From: an uncultured virus (IMG/VR IMGVR_UViG_2541047086_000003)
Lineage: Duplodnaviria; Heunggongvirae; Uroviricota; Caudoviricetes
Virus record (IMG/VR): IMGVR_UViG_2541047086_000003
Span: 108,464 to 128,463 of that record
Strand: one strand, 5' to 3'
DNA: 20,000 nucleotides
Position 1 is the stretch's first letter; each line of letters opens with the position of its first letter. Positions 18,724 through 20,000 of this stretch are shown here, piece by piece. Below the pieces are notes generated by a model. That model was not told the origin of the DNA. It did not search any database and was given only the letters and a program-made list of their open reading frames with translations. The position numbers and the translations under genes are program-made.

Positions 18724-19884
18724 TTGGAGAACGAAAAGGTCATTCCTTATGATTTAGTAGCAACAAAGATGAATCATTGGTATGTGGCTATTAAAAAGAA
18801 TTGGGTCGGTAGAGCAGAAGAAATGCGTAAAGAAGTTATGCAGGAAATAAAAATTATGGAAGAAAACCAAGATGTTTTACTATACTACTCCCTACTTGAG
18901 TTTAGACATAAGCTAATGTTGGCATATATGTATCCTAACGCTATAAAAGACATTGAGAAAAATTATGGTGAGTTAAAAGCATATGAAGGCCATGAAAACT
19001 TAACAGGAATGCTCGAATATTACTATTATTTTTTCATGGGCATGTTCTATTTTAGACAAAAGGAGTTGGCATTCTCCCTTAATCACTATAGACAAGCTGA
19101 GAGATATTTGGATTCAATTGAGAGCGAAGATATTGAAGTTGAAAAAGCTGAATTTTATTTTAAATTGTCAGAAGTGTATTACCACATGAAACAGACTTAT
19201 TTTTCAATGAATTATGCCATGAGGGCTTACGATATATTTAAAAAGCAACCTGCTATTGACGGGAGCCCTACATACGGGGTACAAAAGGTACGCTGTCAAT
19301 TCGTCATATTTGGTAATTTATTGGACAGTATGAAGTTTGATGAAGCTTTAAAGCAAGCATACAAAGCGTATCAGGAAGCAGTAGAGCTAAACAAAAGTGA
19401 AAAGAATCGTGGACATTTGATGCGTTCAGCACTGTTTAATATTGGATTATGTTATAATCAAATGGAAGAACTTGATAAAGCATTTTTTCACTTTAATAAG
19501 TCACTTCAAATCATTGAGCCGGAAAATCATGATTACGCTGCTAAAACATTATTTGTTATCTCCTTCTTAAAGGGAAGGCAAAATGACATTGAAAACGCAA
19601 AAAAATTTTATGAACAGGCCAAACAGTTGGCTGAACGGCATAACAATGAAATGGTACTTGAAAAGTTAAAAATGGTTAAAGGACTTTTCTTGGACTATGA
19701 TTTAGACTTAGTTAGGAAAACATTCGAGTTCTTCAAAGAAAGAAGTATATACCCTGACATGGAAAGCTATGGTGTCTCTGTAGCGGATTTTCTCACTGGA
19801 AAACAGGATGCTTGGGGTGCAGTTGAATTTTATCGTTTGGCAAATGAAGCAAGAAGACAAATCAAAAGGGGAGAAGCAATATGA
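18724..19884 (+). CDS. rap: Rap-family response regulator aspartate phosphatase (TPR, RRNPP)
   Basis: TTG start, SD GAAAGGGG; Rap motifs IPYDLVATKMNHWY, MEENQDVLLYYSLLEFRHKLM, LTGMLEYYYYFFMGM, EKAEFYFKLSEVYYHMKQT; TATAAT at 18691-18696 upstream. Confidence 0.93.
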   Translation: MENEKVIPYDLVATKMNHWYVAIKKNWVGRAEEMRKEVMQEIKIMEENQDVLLYYSLLEFRHKLMLAYMYPNAIKDIEKNYGELKAYEGHENLTGMLEYYYYFFMGMFYFRQKELAFSLNHYRQAERYLDSIESEDIEVEKAEFYFKLSEVYYHMKQTYFSMNYAMRAYDIFKKQPAIDGSPTYGVQKVRCQFVIFGNLLDSMKFDEALKQAYKAYQEAVELNKSEKNRGHLMRSALFNIGLCYNQMEELDKAFFHFNKSLQIIEPENHDYAAKTLFVISFLKGRQNDIENAKKFYEQAKQLAERHNNEMVLEKLKMVKGLFLDYDLDLVRKTFEFFKERSIYPDMESYGVSVADFLTGKQDAWGAVEFYRLANEARRQIKRGEAI

Positions 19885-20000
19885 AAACTAAACTATTTAT
19901 CTGTGCAGTTCTATTATTCGGCGTTGCCGGAACAGTGGGTGCTTCCTATCTCCAACAACAAAATGATACGTTCAAGGTTGCTGAAAGAGCCGAAACGTAA
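19881..20000 (+). CDS. phr: Phr signalling-peptide precursor, 39 aa (MKTKLFICAVLLFGVAGTVGASYLQQQNDTFKVAERAET), predicted mature ERAET
   Basis: ATGA overlap with the rap stop, SD AAAGGGGAG; Sec-type signal peptide; C-terminal VA-ERAET with Arg at position 2 as in PhrC ERGMT; TAA at 19998-20000. Absent from the ORF track. Confidence 0.9.
   Translation: MKTKLFICAVLLFGVAGTVGASYLQQQNDTFKVAERAET

Larger units (their letters stand above)
1..20000 (+). mobile_element. SPbeta-like Bacillus (pro)phage, tail morphogenesis, lysis and accessory region
   Basis: Gene order yomJ-yomI-yomH-yomG-yomF-tail spike-endolysin-holins matches the SPbeta late operon as recalled; low GC and Bacillus-type SD sequences. 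Confidence 0.9.

Noticed and set aside
1..20000. CRISPR arrays, tRNA/rRNA genes, IS elements, reverse-transcriptase or DGR repeats
   Set aside because: No regularly spaced repeats, cloverleafs, transposase or reverse-transcriptase motifs noticed on manual reading.

Overview
Late (tail and lysis) region of an SPbeta-like Bacillus phage or prophage, with all credible genes on the + strand. In order: a partial membrane-protein gene, a YomJ-like membrane protein, the giant tape-measure/cell-wall hydrolase gene (yomI/cwlP), yomH (distal tail), yomG (tail protein with a C-terminal GH113-like TIM barrel), yomF, and a phi29 gp12-like beta-helix tail spike with an autocleaving chaperone. A lysis cassette follows (CwlA-like amidase, XhlA/BhlA-like protein, phiLC3-type holin), then two small accessory genes (one collagen-like) and a rap-phr pair. 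The main finding is that the tape-measure gene, split into two ORFs in the track, is interrupted by a compact 225-nt ORF-less group I intron (2607-2831). Its P1/P10 guide pairings, P3-P8 core, P9 hairpins and U|...G| splice sites can be read from the sequence, and splicing restores a 2290-aa protein. Secondary findings are an unannotated Phr peptide gene (predicted ERAET), a candidate uORF/alternative-hairpin switch before the holin-accessory gene, and swapped tail-tip and lysis modules. All homology calls are from recalled family motifs, not database searches.
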